A stretch of DNA of 64,000 nucleotides. Source: an uncultured Dehalococcoidia bacterium. GTDB taxonomy: Bacteria > Chloroflexota > Dehalococcoidia > UBA6926. Under the pieces are notes generated by a model, which searched no databases, had not been told where the DNA came from, and saw only the letters and a list, made by a program, of their open reading frames with translations. The DNA lies in NCBI GenBank assembly GCA_964405845.1, contig CAYOPL010000012.1, forward strand, positions 95,583-159,582. The letters are read 5' to 3'. The position numbers were made by a program, and so were the translations under genes. Positions 1-10,808 of the stretch are shown piece by piece. The stretch's first letter is position 1; each line of letters starts with the position of its first letter.

Positions 1-3000
1 TGCCGATAGCCCCTGCGCCAGGCGACGTGATTCTCCGCGTCCGGACGCAGCAGCTCATCAACAAGGTCGGCGCCCCGCGCGCCGTCATCATCGAGGTCGA
101 TCATTCTCGCCTGTAGAGCGGGGATTTCGCGGATCAGGGACTTGCCGAATCCCCACAAAGCCGCCCCAGCTGGTTCGATGAGCGGCTCTCGCCCGATGGA
201 CTGCGCCCCGCGCGTAATGATCCATGTGCCACTCGAAGGCGTCATGTCCGCGTCCAGCAGTCCTTGGATCATCGCAAGGGCGGAGCCGCCTGCCTGCCGA
301 ACATCCGCAGACATTTCGTCCGTCGTCGCGTCTGAACCGTGACCGCTCGCCGCAATGAGATGAACGACGCCCTGCAGCGGAACGTCATCCGACAATCCTT
401 CGAACAGCGCCTGCCACGCGCCACGCTCCGTCATATCAATGTCTGCGAGCGTGACGGTCTGATATCGTTCTGCCAGTTCGGTCGCCAACTCCTCGGCGAT
501 GCCGCTGTCATCTGCGGCAATGATCCACGCGCCGGGGCGTTCGGGTATGGTCGCGGGCGCTCGGGCGAGGAAAACGGAACGGTCGGGGGTTTCGGAAGAA
601 TCACCTGAACCGAGTCCGAGAACCTGAGGGTCTTCAAACCCGGTGTCCGTTAGCGCCTGCGTCCACACCTCTGGTCCGACGATTCCATGATTGGTTCGAT
701 ACTGATCGTCAAAGCGCCACCACCCCTCCAGCGCGCCAAACGTCACGTCCTGCCAACCCATCCCCTCAAGGGCCTCTAGCGCAACCAGGTGGCCGGATGG
801 TGCCAGGAGACTCATGCAGTTGCGCAGAGTCTCATTAAGGGAAATGGTGTCATGCAGGACATTTGCGGCGATGACCAAATCATATCCATGTGAGCTATAA
901 CCCTGTTCGACCGGGTCTTTTTCAATATCGAGGGGCCGGTAGTCTATCGCGCCGTCAGCAGTTCCGAACCGCGCCTCCGCTTCTGAGAAGAATCCGGCGG
1001 AAATGTCCGTATATACGTACTCGAAACGTCCGGCGGGAAGGATGGGCAAGATGGATGCTGTGCCTGAGCCTGTCCCTGCTCCCACCTCCACAATCCGGAG
1101 CGTTCGCCCCTCAGGCAGCTCCCCGATGAGTGCGGCAACGGCATCCCCTAGCATGGTATTGACGGCATGGGTTGCGGGGGCGGTGTTGAACAGGTCGCCG
1201 GGCGTCGGATAGCCGCTTCCAAACAGCACCGTTAGAGGGTCTGTCTCTCTTCGCAGGATGCCGGGCAGTTCTGCCGCCGTCCGCTGGCATAGCGCGATTT
1301 CAATCGATCCATGAGGATAGCGCTCCAGCATGTCCGCGGCGAACGCGTTGGGATCAAAGGGCAAGTCTGCCGGCAGCGGGTCATCTGGTCCGACCAAAAC
1401 TCGAAAGCCGTCCGCTGTTTCCTGCATGACGCCCGCGCGCGCAAGAAGTTCAAAAACGCGCCTCAACAGCCTGGCGCGGTCGCCCGTGATATCCAGATCC
1501 GCGCTCAACGTCTCCGGGTCAATTACGCTTTCTGCGGCGTAGTGGCAGCCGAGATTACGGATCGCAGTCAGCGCGAACGAGTACGAAAGCCGTTCAAGAT
1601 CGGCCAAAAGACTTACGCGCTCGTCCCAATCCACACCTTCCCGCGAGAGATACTCTCTGAACGTCGGCGTAGCGGACTGAATCGTGGAAGGCTCCGCGAG
1701 GAAATCTGCGGGCTGCAATGGGAACAGGGGCCGGTCGCCCCAAACGATGTCGTAGAGCAGGTTTGACAAGCCCTCGTCCGCTGAGAATAGAGCCTCGCGA
1801 GTGGCTCGCTTGATCGTCAAGCCAATGATTCCGCCAAGCGGTTGACCATCGGGGCTGTAGATGGTCACGTCCATGGCGAATACCTCGGGCGCGCCGCGTC
1901 GGCTGTCCGTTGCGGCGTCCGAGGCTCTTTCGCGCATGGTGGCGTGGCAAAGGACGCGGGACGGCAACGGGCCGCTCATCCACAGTCGCTCCCACGCAAA
2001 GGGCAAGTACGTGGCCGTTCCGACGGAGTCGTCATCTATCCGTGCGGCGGATGCGACTTGCACACAGCCATCAAGGAGAATCGGATGGAAATCGAGCCCT
2101 TTCCGGACCAGTTCGTCAGGAAGAGCGACCTCTCCAAGAGACGCCCCGTTTCCTGCCCACAGTCCCGTTATGACTTGGAACAAAGGACCGAAATCGATTC
2201 GTATGTCTGCCTTGGAGCGATAGAATTCCGCAATGTCGATTTCACGCAGACCGTCGCGTACCTCGTCCGGTGATATGGCCGTCACCCCCTCCGGCAGACC
2301 ACGTTGCTCAAGCGCCGATCCCTTGGCGTGGAGCGTCCAGTCATTCTCGGCATCGGACGTGCTGTAGATTTCAAAACCGCGACCGTCCGGACCGTTCTCG
2401 GAATCCATGATCACCTGAACGGAGCGTTCAATGGACTCGGGCGCGTCGCCGTCTTGAGCATCGGCAAAGACCATCGCGGTCTGTATCTGCGTATCGTCGA
2501 GGGCCACAACCCCGTCGTGATCCGCGCGCGCGGCCGTCAAGGCTAATGCGGCGTACATCGCGCCCGGCGCGATGACCCGCCCAAAGACGCGATGGTCGCT
2601 CAGCCACGCAGGCTCGGAGGATGACGGACGGCTTTCAAAAGTCACCTCTCCACGTGGGGACTCATGGCGAATTCCCAGTAGCGGATGTCCCGCAATCGCT
2701 GTCGAGCGGGCGGACGTGTCAATCCAGTGGCGATACCGCTGGAAGGGATAGCCGGGAGCTATAACCCGTCGGCGCGACTCCCCCGCGAAGAGGCCGGTGA
2801 AATCGATAGGGATGCCGGTGTTATAGGCATTTGATACGGCGGTCACAAAGCCGCGGGTAAGGTCTATCGGCGGCTCTGTTTCATCGTGATGAGGTCTTTC
2901 CAGGCTCGAAAACATCGGCGGGTCCTTGACCGGCGCGCCTTGCGGCCAAAGCAGGGTAATCATGGGGCTCAGGGTTGTAGCCGGACCCAATTCAATGACA

Positions 3001-5519
3001 CAGTCCACGCCCAATTCGGCCAGGGACTCCATGGAGTTTCGGAAAAGAACCCTCTGCCGTGAATGGCGAATCCAGTAGTCGGAATCGATCTGAACATCCT
3101 CCTCAAGAGGCTTTCCGGTAAAGTCGCATATAAGCGTGACCTTGGGCCTTTGCGGTTCACGGATGATGTCGGAAGCTACGCTCTTCAGTTGGTCCAGTAC
3201 CGGCTCCAACATTGCGCTGTGAAATGCCGCGCTCGGTGGCAGAAGCCTGACGCGAATCTCCTGCTCCTCGAACTTCTGGGCAACAGCGTTTACGTCCCCG
3301 GCGGGGCCGCTGATCACTTGGTTGATGCCGTGGTCGAGGCCTATGCAGAGGCGATCGTCGCCTGAAACAGCATGCTGCTCTTCAATCGCTTCCTGTATGG
3401 CGTCTTGCGGCGCGAAGATAGCCGCCATCGCGGCGCCCTCTGCCATCGGGCTCATGATTGTTCCGCGCGCAGTGACTAGGCGCATACCCTCTTCAAGTGA
3501 GTAAACGCCGGCAGCTTGCGCGGCGGCAAACTCGCCGAGGCTGTGTCCCGCGACGACGGACGGTGTAACACCAGCGCTTTCCCATAGGGCAGTCAGCATG
3601 CACTCAACTGCGTACGTTGCAGGCTGCGCCCAGGCCGAGTCATCAAGGTCGCCTGAGCGCCCAAACATGACATCAAGCAACGATTCGCCTCGTGCGTTCT
3701 GTACAACCGCTTCACAACGATCGAGGACTTCTCGCGCTACTGGCTCGGTCTCATAGAGCGTCTGAGCCATGCCCGGCCACTGGCTGCCCTGTCCTGTATA
3801 GACAAAAGCAATCTTTGAGGGAGCCGTTGTCGGGTTCTGGGAACCGTTCTCCGCTATACGGGCAAGGCCCTCTCGCAGCGAATCGACATCCTTATACACA
3901 ACACCCGAGCGATAGCGGAAATGGCTCCGTCCGATGCTCGTCGTCCACGTCAGGTCTGACAGGGCGGGGTCGGACGCGAGAGTATCCGGAGATGGCCCGC
4001 CGGACGTCTCACTTAGTCGGTCAAGATAGTGCCCCGCAAGTTCCCGCAGAGCCTCCGGTGATCTGGCAGATAGCGGCAAAAGTCGCGTTTGGCGTGGCGT
4101 GACCCCATCAGAGTCACCAGAACTGAGGGATTCCACTTCCTTGGGCGCGCCCAGAGGCCACATGGTTGTCCCGGTTGACAGAGACGGCGTAGCAGGCGCG
4201 CCGTAGCCTTCGATGACGACGTGGGCATTCGTGCCGGACCATCCGAATCCGCTGACGGCGGCTCGCGGCGGTCTGCCATCCACGTGCGGCCACTCCATCG
4301 CCTCGGTCGGCACGCGCAGATTGGCCGTCTCCCAGTCGATTGACGTGCTGGGATTCTCGAAGTTGAGGTGCTTGGGGATGATGCCGCGCCGCATGCCCAG
4401 CACAACCTTCATGATTCCTGCAACGCCTGACGCAGGCTCGAGGTGCCCAAAGTTCGTCTTGACGGATCCGATAATCATCGGTTGATCTGCCGGTCGTCTG
4501 CTGCCGTACGCGGCCGCCGCGGCTTGCAGTTCAGGGGGGTCGCCAACCGGGGTCGCGGTTCCGTGCGCTTCCAGATAATCCACGTCCATGGCGGTAAGCC
4601 CGGCTGAGGCCAGCGCATCGCGAATAACGTTTTCCTGCGCGGAAGCGCTCGGCACAGTCAAACCTTGGCTTGCGCCGTCTTGGTTGATTGCAGAGCCGCG
4701 AATAACACCCCAGATGCGGTCGCCGTCCCGTTCGGCATCGCTCAGGCGCTTGAGCACGATGATTCCGCAACCCTCGCCGCGGAGATAGCCGTCCGCCGCC
4801 TCGTCGAACGTGCGGCATATACCGTTGGGTGAGAGCATTCCCGCCTGTCTTCGCAGGAACATAACCCTGCCGGAGAGCATCGCGTTGACGCCTCCGGCCA
4901 AGGCAAGATCCGACTCTCCGCGTTGAAGGCCGGCAATCGCCTGGTGCGTGGCGACGAGGGACGATGAGCATGCTGTGTCGATAGCAATGGCAGGCCCCTC
5001 AAGGCCAAGCGTGTAGGAAACACGCCCGATAGCGGTATTAAGGGTGCTCCCGCTGGCCGCATAGAGACTGGTGGCGGGATCATCCAGTTCAATTGACGCG
5101 ACGGCCGAGTACCTGTACTCGTTGTTGGCAATGCCGCCATAGACGCCTGTGCGGGTTCCCTTGAGGCTATCCGGGTCGATCCCCGCGTCTTCAAGGGCGC
5201 GCCAACTCGTTTCCAGCATGAGCCGCTGCTGCGGGTCCAGCAGCTGCGCTTCTATCGGCGCAATTCGGAAGAACTCAGCGTCGAACTTGTCGATATCGTC
5301 GATGAAGGCCCCATAGTGCGTGACGTCGCTCTGTGTGGAGGGCATCTCAAGGAACTCGCCCATCCGGCCCGGCCCTTCACCGATTATTCCCTCTGTTCGT
5401 ACCATGGTGCCGGAGGCCAGCAGCCGCCAATAGGCATCGTAGCCGTCAGCACCGGGAAATCGGCACGCCATACCGATGATGGCGATGGGTTCGTCCGTAT
5501 GGGAGTTATTTCCTGCCAT
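1..5519 (-). CDS. Modular type I polyketide synthase, N-terminal part. The order is KS - AT - DH - C-methyltransferase - start of KR, and the gene continues beyond the window start (C-terminus off the edge).
   Basis: Reverse-strand translation from the ATG at 5519 gives [23 protein letters not shown]... The KS active site [12 protein letters not shown] has its D codon at 4977-4979. The AT motif GHSLGE is at about 3531-3548. A DH HPLLG-type region lies at about 2650-2700. The SAM-binding motif [13 protein letters not shown] of a cMT is at about 1080-1100. All checkpoints share one frame (codon top coordinate = 2 mod 3). The ORF is absent from the track because it is edge-truncated. Confidence 0.9.
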   Translation of the reverse strand, partial: MAGNNSHTDEPIAIIGMACRFPGADGYDAYWRLLASGTMVRTEGIIGEGPGRMGEFLEMPSTQSDVTHYGAFIDDIDKFDAEFFRIAPIEAQLLDPQQRLMLETSWRALEDAGIDPDSLKGTRTGVYGGIANNEYRYSAVASIELDDPATSLYAASGSTLNTAIGRVSYTLGLEGPAIAIDTACSSSLVATHQAIAGLQRGESDLALAGGVNAMLSGRVMFLRRQAGMLSPNGICRTFDEAADGYLRGEGCGIIVLKRLSDAERDGDRIWGVIRGSAINQDGASQGLTVPSASAQENVIRDALASAGLTAMDVDYLEAHGTATPVGDPPELQAAAAAYGSRRPADQPMIIGSVKTNFGHLEPASGVAGIMKVVLGMRRGIIPKHLNFENPSTSIDWETANLRVPTEAMEWPHVDGRPPRAAVSGFGWSGTNAHVVIEGYGAPATPSLSTGTTMWPLGAPKEVESLSSGDSDGVTPRQTRLLPLSARSPEALRELAGHYLDRLSETSGGPSPDTLASDPALSDLTWTTSIGRSHFRYRSGVVYKDVDSLREGLARIAENGSQNPTTAPSKIAFVYTGQGSQWPGMAQTLYETEPVAREVLDRCEAVVQNARGESLLDVMFGRSGDLDDSAWAQPATYAVECMLTALWESAGVTPSVVAGHSLGEFAAAQAAGVYSLEEGMRLVTARGTIMSPMAEGAAMAAIFAPQDAIQEAIEEQHAVSGDDRLCIGLDHGINQVISGPAGDVNAVAQKFEEQEIRVRLLPPSAAFHSAMLEPVLDQLKSVASDIIREPQRPKVTLICDFTGKPLEEDVQIDSDYWIRHSRQRVLFRNSMESLAELGVDCVIELGPATTLSPMITLLWPQGAPVKDPPMFSSLERPHHDETEPPIDLTRGFVTAVSNAYNTGIPIDFTGLFAGESRRRVIAPGYPFQRYRHWIDTSARSTAIAGHPLLGIRHESPRGEVTFESRPSSSEPAWLSDHRVFGRVIAPGAMYAALALTAARADHDGVVALDDTQIQTAMVFADAQDGDAPESIERSVQVIMDSENGPDGRGFEIYSTSDAENDWTLHAKGSALEQRGLPEGVTAISPDEVRDGLREIDIAEFYRSKADIRIDFGPLFQVITGLWAGNGASLGEVALPDELVRKGLDFHPILLDGCVQVASAARIDDDSVGTATYLPFAWERLWMSGPLPSRVLCHATMRERASDAATDSRRGAPEVFAMDVTIYSPDGQPLGGIIGLTIKRATREALFSADEGLSNLLYDIVWGDRPLFPLQPADFLAEPSTIQSATPTFREYLSREGVDWDERVSLLADLERLSYSFALTAIRNLGCHYAAESVIDPETLSADLDITGDRARLLRRVFELLARAGVMQETADGFRVLVGPDDPLPADLPFDPNAFAADMLERYPHGSIEIALCQRTAAELPGILRRETDPLTVLFGSGYPTPGDLFNTAPATHAVNTMLGDAVAALIGELPEGRTLRIVEVGAGTGSGTASILPILPAGRFEYVYTDISAGFFSEAEARFGTADGAIDYRPLDIEKDPVEQGYSSHGYDLVIAANVLHDTISLNETLRNCMSLLAPSGHLVALEALEGMGWQDVTFGALEGWWRFDDQYRTNHGIVGPEVWTQALTDTGFEDPQVLGLGSGDSSETPDRSVFLARAPATIPERPGAWIIAADDSGIAEELATELAERYQTVTLADIDMTERGAWQALFEGLSDDVPLQGVVHLIAASGHGSDATTDEMSADVRQAGGSALAMIQGLLDADMTPSSGTWIITRGAQSIGREPLIEPAGAALWGFGKSLIREIPALQARMIDLDDDGARGADLVDELLRPDAENHVAWRRGYR

Positions 5520-5657
5520 GAGCCCCCGCATGTTTCGATAAGCACATTCTCGGGCCGCAAGCCTGTGTCCACTATAGATAGCCGTTTTGCAACTGCCAAT
5601 ACGTCACAGCCCGATTTATCTATCATAGAGGCGCAAGTGAGACCCTTTCTCAGGATC

Positions 5658-7310
5658 ATGTCAATCGTTCAAACGGCACTCGATAAACTTCCAGTTCGAC
5701 CCTCGTACAGCTGGGGCCAACTGCGCGGTGACGTTTTCGGCGGGCTAACCGCGGGCAGCATCGTCCTGCCCGCCTCCATCGGCTATGGTCTGATTTCCGG
5801 TCTGGGTGCCGTCGCCGGGCTCTATGGAGCTGTGGCGGTTAGCCTCTTTGGCGCGCTCTTTGGCGGCACCCGGGGGATGATCTCCGGCCCGAATATTCTC
5901 GTTACCCTGACGATGGCCGCCGTCGTCTCCCAATACGCCAACAGCCTTGCCGAGGCCGCAACGGCAGCCATTCTTGCCGGTCTGATTCAGATGGGCTTTG
6001 GCGCTCTACGGCTTGGGCGCTATGTCTCCTATATTCCGTATTCCCTGATTGCCGGGTTCTTCACGGCCTTTGGCATCCTTTTGATCATCAAACAAGGACT
6101 GCTTGCCTTCGGTGCATCCGCGGGCGGTACTGCGCTCGACAGCATCCGTGCATTTCCTGATGCGGCGCGAGACGCCAACCTGGAGGCCCTCGCGGTCGCG
6201 ATTTTCTGTGTTGCGTTGGGAGTGGCGTGGCGTGGAAGACTCTTGAAGATTGCCCCGTCTCAATTTGCCGTACTCGTCTGCGGGACAGTCGTGGGCGTTT
6301 TGTTCTTTGCAGGGGCGCCGACTATCGGGGCTATCCCACAAGGGCTGCCCGCGCTGGAACTGCCCCCCTTCTCACTTGATTTGGTAATCCGGCTTCTACA
6401 GCCCGCCTTTGCGATGGCTCTGTTGAGTTCTCTGGCGACACTCATCGTCGCTCTTCCCCTGGATACGATCACAGGTACCCAGCACAAGCCCAATCAGGAA
6501 TTGGGAGCGCAGGGCATCGGCAACGTGGCCGCCGGCCTCATCGGTGGCCTGCCCGGCGGCGTAACCCCCGGCACCTTCGTCAACGTGTTCAGCGGAGGAC
6601 GCACACAGGTGGCGGGATTGACCGTTTCCGCCCTTATCATCTCGGTCATCCTCTTCCTTGGCCCGATAGCAGAGCGCATTCCCTTGGCGGTCCTCGCAGG
6701 CATCCTGGCCATCAACGGCTGGAACGTCATAGATTGGCGGTTCGTCAAACGCCTGCATCGCGTGCCTGCCGACTACACAATCGTGATGCTCCTCACGTGT
6801 TCTCTCGTGCTGTTTGTGGACATCACTCTTGCGGTGGTAGCCGGTGTCGTCGTCTCCGCGATGACCGGCGCGAGACGGCGCGAGAAAATGGAAACCGAAA
6901 CGCTCATCTCCGCCCCTATTCTTGACAGCGTGTTCCTTGAGGACGATGAGGCAGACCCTTTCGAGGCGCGTGCGGGCATCGTTATTTTCCCTGATCGCGT
7001 CACGGTGGCCTCAACCCGTGAGGTGAGCCGCATCGTCCGTTCGGACATCCTCGGGCATCAGGTCGTCATCTTTGACATGTCCCGCACCTTCTTCATCGAC
7101 GATTCCGCTGCGGTGGCCATAGCGGACCTCATCAGGATCGCCGCTGTTCGCCGCCCGGGCCGCCTTGTCATCGCAGGACTGACAAGACCGGTCACGGAAA
7201 CTCTTGACGCCTTCGGTCTACGTGCCGCCTTGCCGGAAGGATTGATTGTTCCGGACATGGACACCGCAAGAGCCCGCGTACGCGACTTACTGGCCACCCG
7301 TTCACCCTGA
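5658..7310 (+). CDS. SulP family anion (sulfate/bicarbonate) transporter with a C-terminal STAS domain.
   Basis: MSIVQTALDKLPVRPSYSWGQLRGDVFGGLTAGSIVLPASIGYG... is a SulP signature, with multiple TM segments. The C-terminal STAS region reads VIFDMSRTFFIDDSAAVAIADL. The start was refined to the ATG at 5658, since the track ORF from 5316 overlaps the PKS start. The stop TGA lies inside the REP-like repeat. Confidence 0.85.
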   Translation: MSIVQTALDKLPVRPSYSWGQLRGDVFGGLTAGSIVLPASIGYGLISGLGAVAGLYGAVAVSLFGALFGGTRGMISGPNILVTLTMAAVVSQYANSLAEAATAAILAGLIQMGFGALRLGRYVSYIPYSLIAGFFTAFGILLIIKQGLLAFGASAGGTALDSIRAFPDAARDANLEALAVAIFCVALGVAWRGRLLKIAPSQFAVLVCGTVVGVLFFAGAPTIGAIPQGLPALELPPFSLDLVIRLLQPAFAMALLSSLATLIVALPLDTITGTQHKPNQELGAQGIGNVAAGLIGGLPGGVTPGTFVNVFSGGRTQVAGLTVSALIISVILFLGPIAERIPLAVLAGILAINGWNVIDWRFVKRLHRVPADYTIVMLLTCSLVLFVDITLAVVAGVVVSAMTGARRREKMETETLISAPILDSVFLEDDEADPFEARAGIVIFPDRVTVASTREVSRIVRSDILGHQVVIFDMSRTFFIDDSAAVAIADLIRIAAVRRPGRLVIAGLTRPVTETLDAFGLRAALPEGLIVPDMDTARARVRDLLATRSP

Positions 7311-7417
7311 GCTTGTCGAAGGGTGGGCCCCCTTCGTCATTCTCGCGAAAGCAGGAATCCAGCGCGGCGCGCGGCGCCGCCTCTACTGTCATTCTGAGCG
7401 CAGCGAAGAATCTGAAG
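7297..7417. repeat. REP-like composite repeat: modules A (tcaccctgagcttgtcgaagggtg), B (gtcattctcgcgaaagcaggaatccagcgcggcgcgcggcgccgcc) and C (gtcattctgagcgcagcgaagaatct).
   Basis: The hairpin modules can be read directly. The SulP stop codon is the TGA inside module A. Confidence 0.8.
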
Positions 7418-7451
7418 CGGTGATCAAAAGACCAGGGAGAGGCGCAGCAGG

Positions 7452-8618
7452 CTACCCCCAGACGTTCTGAGCGGTCTCCGCGACAACCCGCAGCTTCGCG
7501 TTCTGCTCGTCGATACTGAGGCGATTGCCAACGATGGACGTGCCGAACCCGCATTGCGGGCTAATGGCCAACTGCTCGCGCGGGAAGTGATGAGCCGCCT
7601 CGGCGATTCTGCCTGCAAGCTCTGAAGGCGTCTCGGCGCGCGGTGTCTTTGTCGTAACTAATCCCAGCGCCACCGTCTTGTCGTCTGGCACGCCGCGCAA
7701 AGGTTCGAATGAGCCTGAGCGCTCATCGTCGTACTCCAGCATGAGCCGATCCGCGTTGACGCGCTGAAGCACCGGCTCGACAATCCGGTCGTAACCGCCT
7801 TCGGCCAGCCAACGGCTGCCCTGATTGCCTCGTCAAAGATGGAACGCGAACGTCACATCCGTGAAGCCGTCCATCACCGCGTTGTCCAGCTCAATCCCTT
7901 GCGTGATCCAGTCCTCTCCGGTCCGACCCTGGGACTCGTAGAACGCTGCCCATGTCGGATCGAGGATAAGAGGGTAGTGCGGGGCGTCGAGCTGGATATA
8001 CGTTGCGCCGAGCCTAATTAGCTCTTCGATCTCCTCGCGGATGATCTGTGCGACGTCACTCAGAAACGCATCAAGCGTGGGGTAAGCCTCAATAGACTTA
8101 CTCGGCGACCAGAAATTAGCGAATAGGCTGGGACTCGGCAGGGTCACCTTCAGCATGCGCGTCGTGCGGCCCCGGAGATACGTAAACTCTTCTGCCGACA
8201 GGTGACGCTTGCGCCGCAGCTTGCCGACGACACCGAGCGTCGCTGGCCGCTCCTTGGGGGCGTTCCCCACCCGCTCATCGCCACGCCAATCACCCCAGAG
8301 AAACGCGTCAATATCGAACTCACCGAATCCTTCCACCGCCTCGGGCATCTGGCTTTGGAAAGACAACCGCCGCATCTCGCCGTCCGTGAGAACCTGTAAC
8401 CCGGCGTCCTCTTGCGCCGCAACCGCGCCATCAACCGCGGCGTCCTCGATGCGCTTGAACTCTGAAGGCGTGATTCGTCCGGCCGCAACGTCCTCGCGTG
8501 CAGCGAGCAACTCCGGCGGCCTGATCAGGCTCCCAACCACGTCGGCATGCGGCAAATTCGGCATGCTGCGGAGTGTTGCATATCGCCGGGGCTTGGGCAA
8601 GCGATTGATGGTAGTCAT
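7452..8618 (-). CDS. Protein of the MetE C-terminal-domain family (cobalamin-independent methionine synthase / homocysteine methyltransferase-like, Zn-dependent). A single in-frame TGA at 7833-7835 interrupts the frame; it is either a candidate selenocysteine codon or a nonsense mutation.
   Basis: Track ORFs 7833..8681(-) and 7452..7772(-) are in the same frame (8681-7772=909). The translation ...IQLDAPHYPL...DVTFAFHL-TGA-RGNQGSRWLAEGGYDRIVEPVLQRVNADRLMLEYDDE...LAISPQCGFGTS matches MetE C-domain motifs: IQIDE, the H-x-C Zn site, the Glu ligand, and NPDCGL. The LPHADVVGSLIRP segment near the N-terminus resembles the MetE LPTTTIGSFPR motif. The start is uncertain; ATGs at 8618 and 8564 are both possible. 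Confidence 0.7.
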
Positions 8619-8630
8619 TCCAGATAAAAG

Positions 8631-8674
8631 TTGCATGCACAATAAATGTGTCTGATAATAATTGTTATATGCAA
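8631..8674. promoter_or_regulatory. AT-rich imperfect palindrome TTGCATGCACAAT-N17-ATTGTTATATGCAA in the divergent intergenic region between the MetE-like gene and marR. It is a candidate MarR operator or shared promoter region.
   Basis: This is a low-GC island in a GC-rich genome. Inverted half-sites can be read directly. It lies about 85 bp upstream of the MarR start at 8760. Confidence 0.35.
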
Positions 8675-8759
8675 ATAACAAGGACCGTCTGAAATCTCGG
8701 CTGCTTGGGCGCAGCGTACATGCTCTATACTGACCTCAAATCACCATGGCGATATACGA

Positions 8760-9245
8760 GTGACAGACAACCACGATCAATCTCAGGGCGGCAATGACTC
8801 CTCGCAAGAGGCGCAGCCTATGGGCTTGGGTATCCAGGTGACCAGCCTGATGAACGCGGTTCTCAGGGGCGCTGCGACTGAATTGGAGCCCTACAACATT
8901 ACTCCTTTGGAGTTCACAGCCTTGCGCATTTGCATGGCCAGGGGTGAGACCACCATGACGGAGTTGGCAGTCGTATTGCCTGTCGATACCTCCCGCACAA
9001 GCCGCACCGTGACCGGGCTGGTTGACAAGGGCTTGCTCCGCAGGCGCCGACGCCGAGACGACCGGCGTGTTGTCATGCTGCGGCTTTCCGAACAGGGAGT
9101 TGAATTGACGTCCACGCTCCAGGCCCTGCTGCAGGCCTTCGATGCCAAACTGACGGAGAACGTCACTGAGGATGAACTAAGCGTATTCGAATCCGTGATT
9201 TCAAGAATCGCGTCCAACTACGCTGCCATGCAGGAGACTGAATAA
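8760..9245 (+). CDS. MarR family transcriptional regulator.
   Basis: A winged-helix MarR signature is present: ITPLEFTALRICMARGETTMTELAVVLPVDTSRTSRTVTGLVDKGLLRR...RVVMLRLSEQG. Confidence 0.85.
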   Translation: MTDNHDQSQGGNDSSQEAQPMGLGIQVTSLMNAVLRGAATELEPYNITPLEFTALRICMARGETTMTELAVVLPVDTSRTSRTVTGLVDKGLLRRRRRRDDRRVVMLRLSEQGVELTSTLQALLQAFDAKLTENVTEDELSVFESVISRIASNYAAMQETE

Positions 9246-9304
9246 CTGCGAGAGGCGCGCCCCGCGGACGCCGGCGTCTCCGGCTCTAGAGCTTGCAGCG
9301 CTGC

Positions 9305-10144
9305 TTACGAAAACGGCTTGTTGGCAATCGCCTCACCGTATCCGACGGCAAGCAGCGCGCCGGGATCCCTCCGCCACTTCTCATAAGCGACGGCTATGTC
9401 ATCGGCGAGTTTCCTGGTGGCCACTCCGTAGCCAATCGCCTGCTCTCTGAGGCTCGGCGACAGGAACCAGCCGTAGACCAGGCGATGGATAAACTCGATT
9501 TCCTCGACCGAGTCGAATATGTCGAACGTCGCATTCATTCTAATGTTGGCAAATCCTGCCTTGAGAAGCTGGCCCTTTAGTTCCTTGCCCATCTGCGGAT
9601 GAGCATCGTCAGTCGCCAAAATGTCTTCGAACATATCCCATGCTTTCCTGAGAATGCCGAAGTCGGGCTCGGTGAAGCTGGACTCGCAGATCATCTCGCG
9701 GCAACCGATGATGCCGCCGGGTTTCAGGACTCGCATCACCTCTGTCAGCACGGCTTCCGTGTCCGGAACGTGCATCAGCACATTGTGGCAGTGGGCGACG
9801 TCGAAGTAGTCGTCCTCAAACGGAAGGTCCGATACGTCGGCAACCTGGAATATCGTGTTTGTCTGACCGCCTGCCTCCGCCACGGATCGCGCCAGGTCGA
9901 TCTGGGATTCCTCCATGTCGACGCCGTGCAGCTCCCCCGGTGAGACAGCCTGTGCCAGGCCAACTGATATGGTGCCGGGTCCGCAGCCGAAATCCAGAAC
10001 GCGAAGCCCCGGCCTCAGATAGGGAAGCAGATAGGCGGCGTTCTTCTGTGCGGTGAACCGCCGCATAGTCTCAACAAACTCATGGCCGAAGCCCATCGTG
10101 TAGTCGGGGGTTGAAGATGTGCGCTCAGTCATAGTGTCATTCAT
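9305..10144 (-). CDS. Class I SAM-dependent methyltransferase (Methyltransf_11/25 type).
   Basis: The motif I sequence VLDFGCGPGTIS is present, followed by HGVDMEE, the acidic FDVAHCHNVLMHVPD, and the post-II LKPGG. Confidence 0.8.
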   Translation of the reverse strand: MNDTMTERTSSTPDYTMGFGHEFVETMRRFTAQKNAAYLLPYLRPGLRVLDFGCGPGTISVGLAQAVSPGELHGVDMEESQIDLARSVAEAGGQTNTIFQVADVSDLPFEDDYFDVAHCHNVLMHVPDTEAVLTEVMRVLKPGGIIGCREMICESSFTEPDFGILRKAWDMFEDILATDDAHPQMGKELKGQLLKAGFANIRMNATFDIFDSVEEIEFIHRLVYGWFLSPSLREQAIGYGVATRKLADDIAVAYEKWRRDPGALLAVGYGEAIANKPFS

Positions 10145-10294
10145 GGACGTTCTGATCGTTCAGTCCGGACAACATGATTCCGCAAACACAACCCTGTAGG
10201 GCTGAAGATATGACACAATCCTGGCGCGCACCCTTTCCCCAGGTTTTCGCCTCTCGGGTTACGTTGATGATTGGGCGGGGGGTCTAAAGTAGCC

Positions 10295-10376
10295 TATCAC
10301 TCGGATATAACCGTCCCGTAACTGTTTCACCGATTTCCTATGACTTTGTGTAACGATTCAGAGAACTCCGCCAGAA
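10295..10376 (+). promoter_or_regulatory. Regulatory cassette copy A: three direct GTAAC(T)ATTC-like sites (ggatataaccgt / ccgtaactgtttc / gtgtaacgattc), followed 17 nt later by a -10-like cagaat.
   Basis: Its architecture matches copies B-E, with site spacing of about 12-13 and about 35 bp. Confidence 0.4.
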
Positions 10377-10694
10377 TCGCCACCCCCGCTCACCCTGAGC
10401 CTGTCGAAGGGCGGGAATAATCCCCCATTTTTCGCGCCACGGTCATCGAGGTGCGATCGCGGGTGGACACGCTACTGGCGCCCCCGTGTCGGGATCCGGG
10501 GGCTGCTCAGGCCCAGAAGGCGGGTCTGGGAACAGGTAGAGACTTTTGGGGTGCGACAGCGTAACGACCAAAGGGAATTTCGAGGTGTGGTCGCCACCGG
10601 ACTTATGCTGTTGCCGGCACAGGCTTTCGCCGTACAAGGGCCCCGTGGGGCGCCTCCCGACATTGCACTGCGAATCTCGCCGAGTGCCACTATA

Positions 10695-10775
10695 CCACTC
10701 GGATATAACCGTACCGTAACTATTCGTCCGATTCGGCATCACTTCCTGTAACTATTCCAGGAACTCCGCCAGAAT
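10695..10775 (+). promoter_or_regulatory. Regulatory cassette copy B (ggatataaccgta / ccgtaactattcg / ctgtaactattcc + cagaat).
   Basis: Direct repeats can be read in the sequence. It lies immediately 3' of gene 10809..11654(-). Confidence 0.45.
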
Positions 10776-10808
10776 CACTACGCCCGCTCACCATGAACTT
10801 GCCGTGGG

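Noticed and set aside
5316-5657. A 5' extension of the SulP ORF ([10 protein letters not shown]...).
   Set aside because: It overlaps the divergent PKS start and has no transporter similarity. The ATG at 5658 gives the canonical SulP N-terminus.
8619-8681. The MLFAYNNYYQTHLLCMQ N-terminal extension of the MetE-like ORF.
   Set aside because: It is the translation of the AT-rich palindromic promoter region. MetE-like similarity begins downstream.
8565-8760. A SAM or cobalamin riboswitch upstream of the MetE-like gene.
   Set aside because: No recognisable SAM-I/II/IV or B12-box features are present in the leader. It reads as AT-rich promoter and operator sequence instead.
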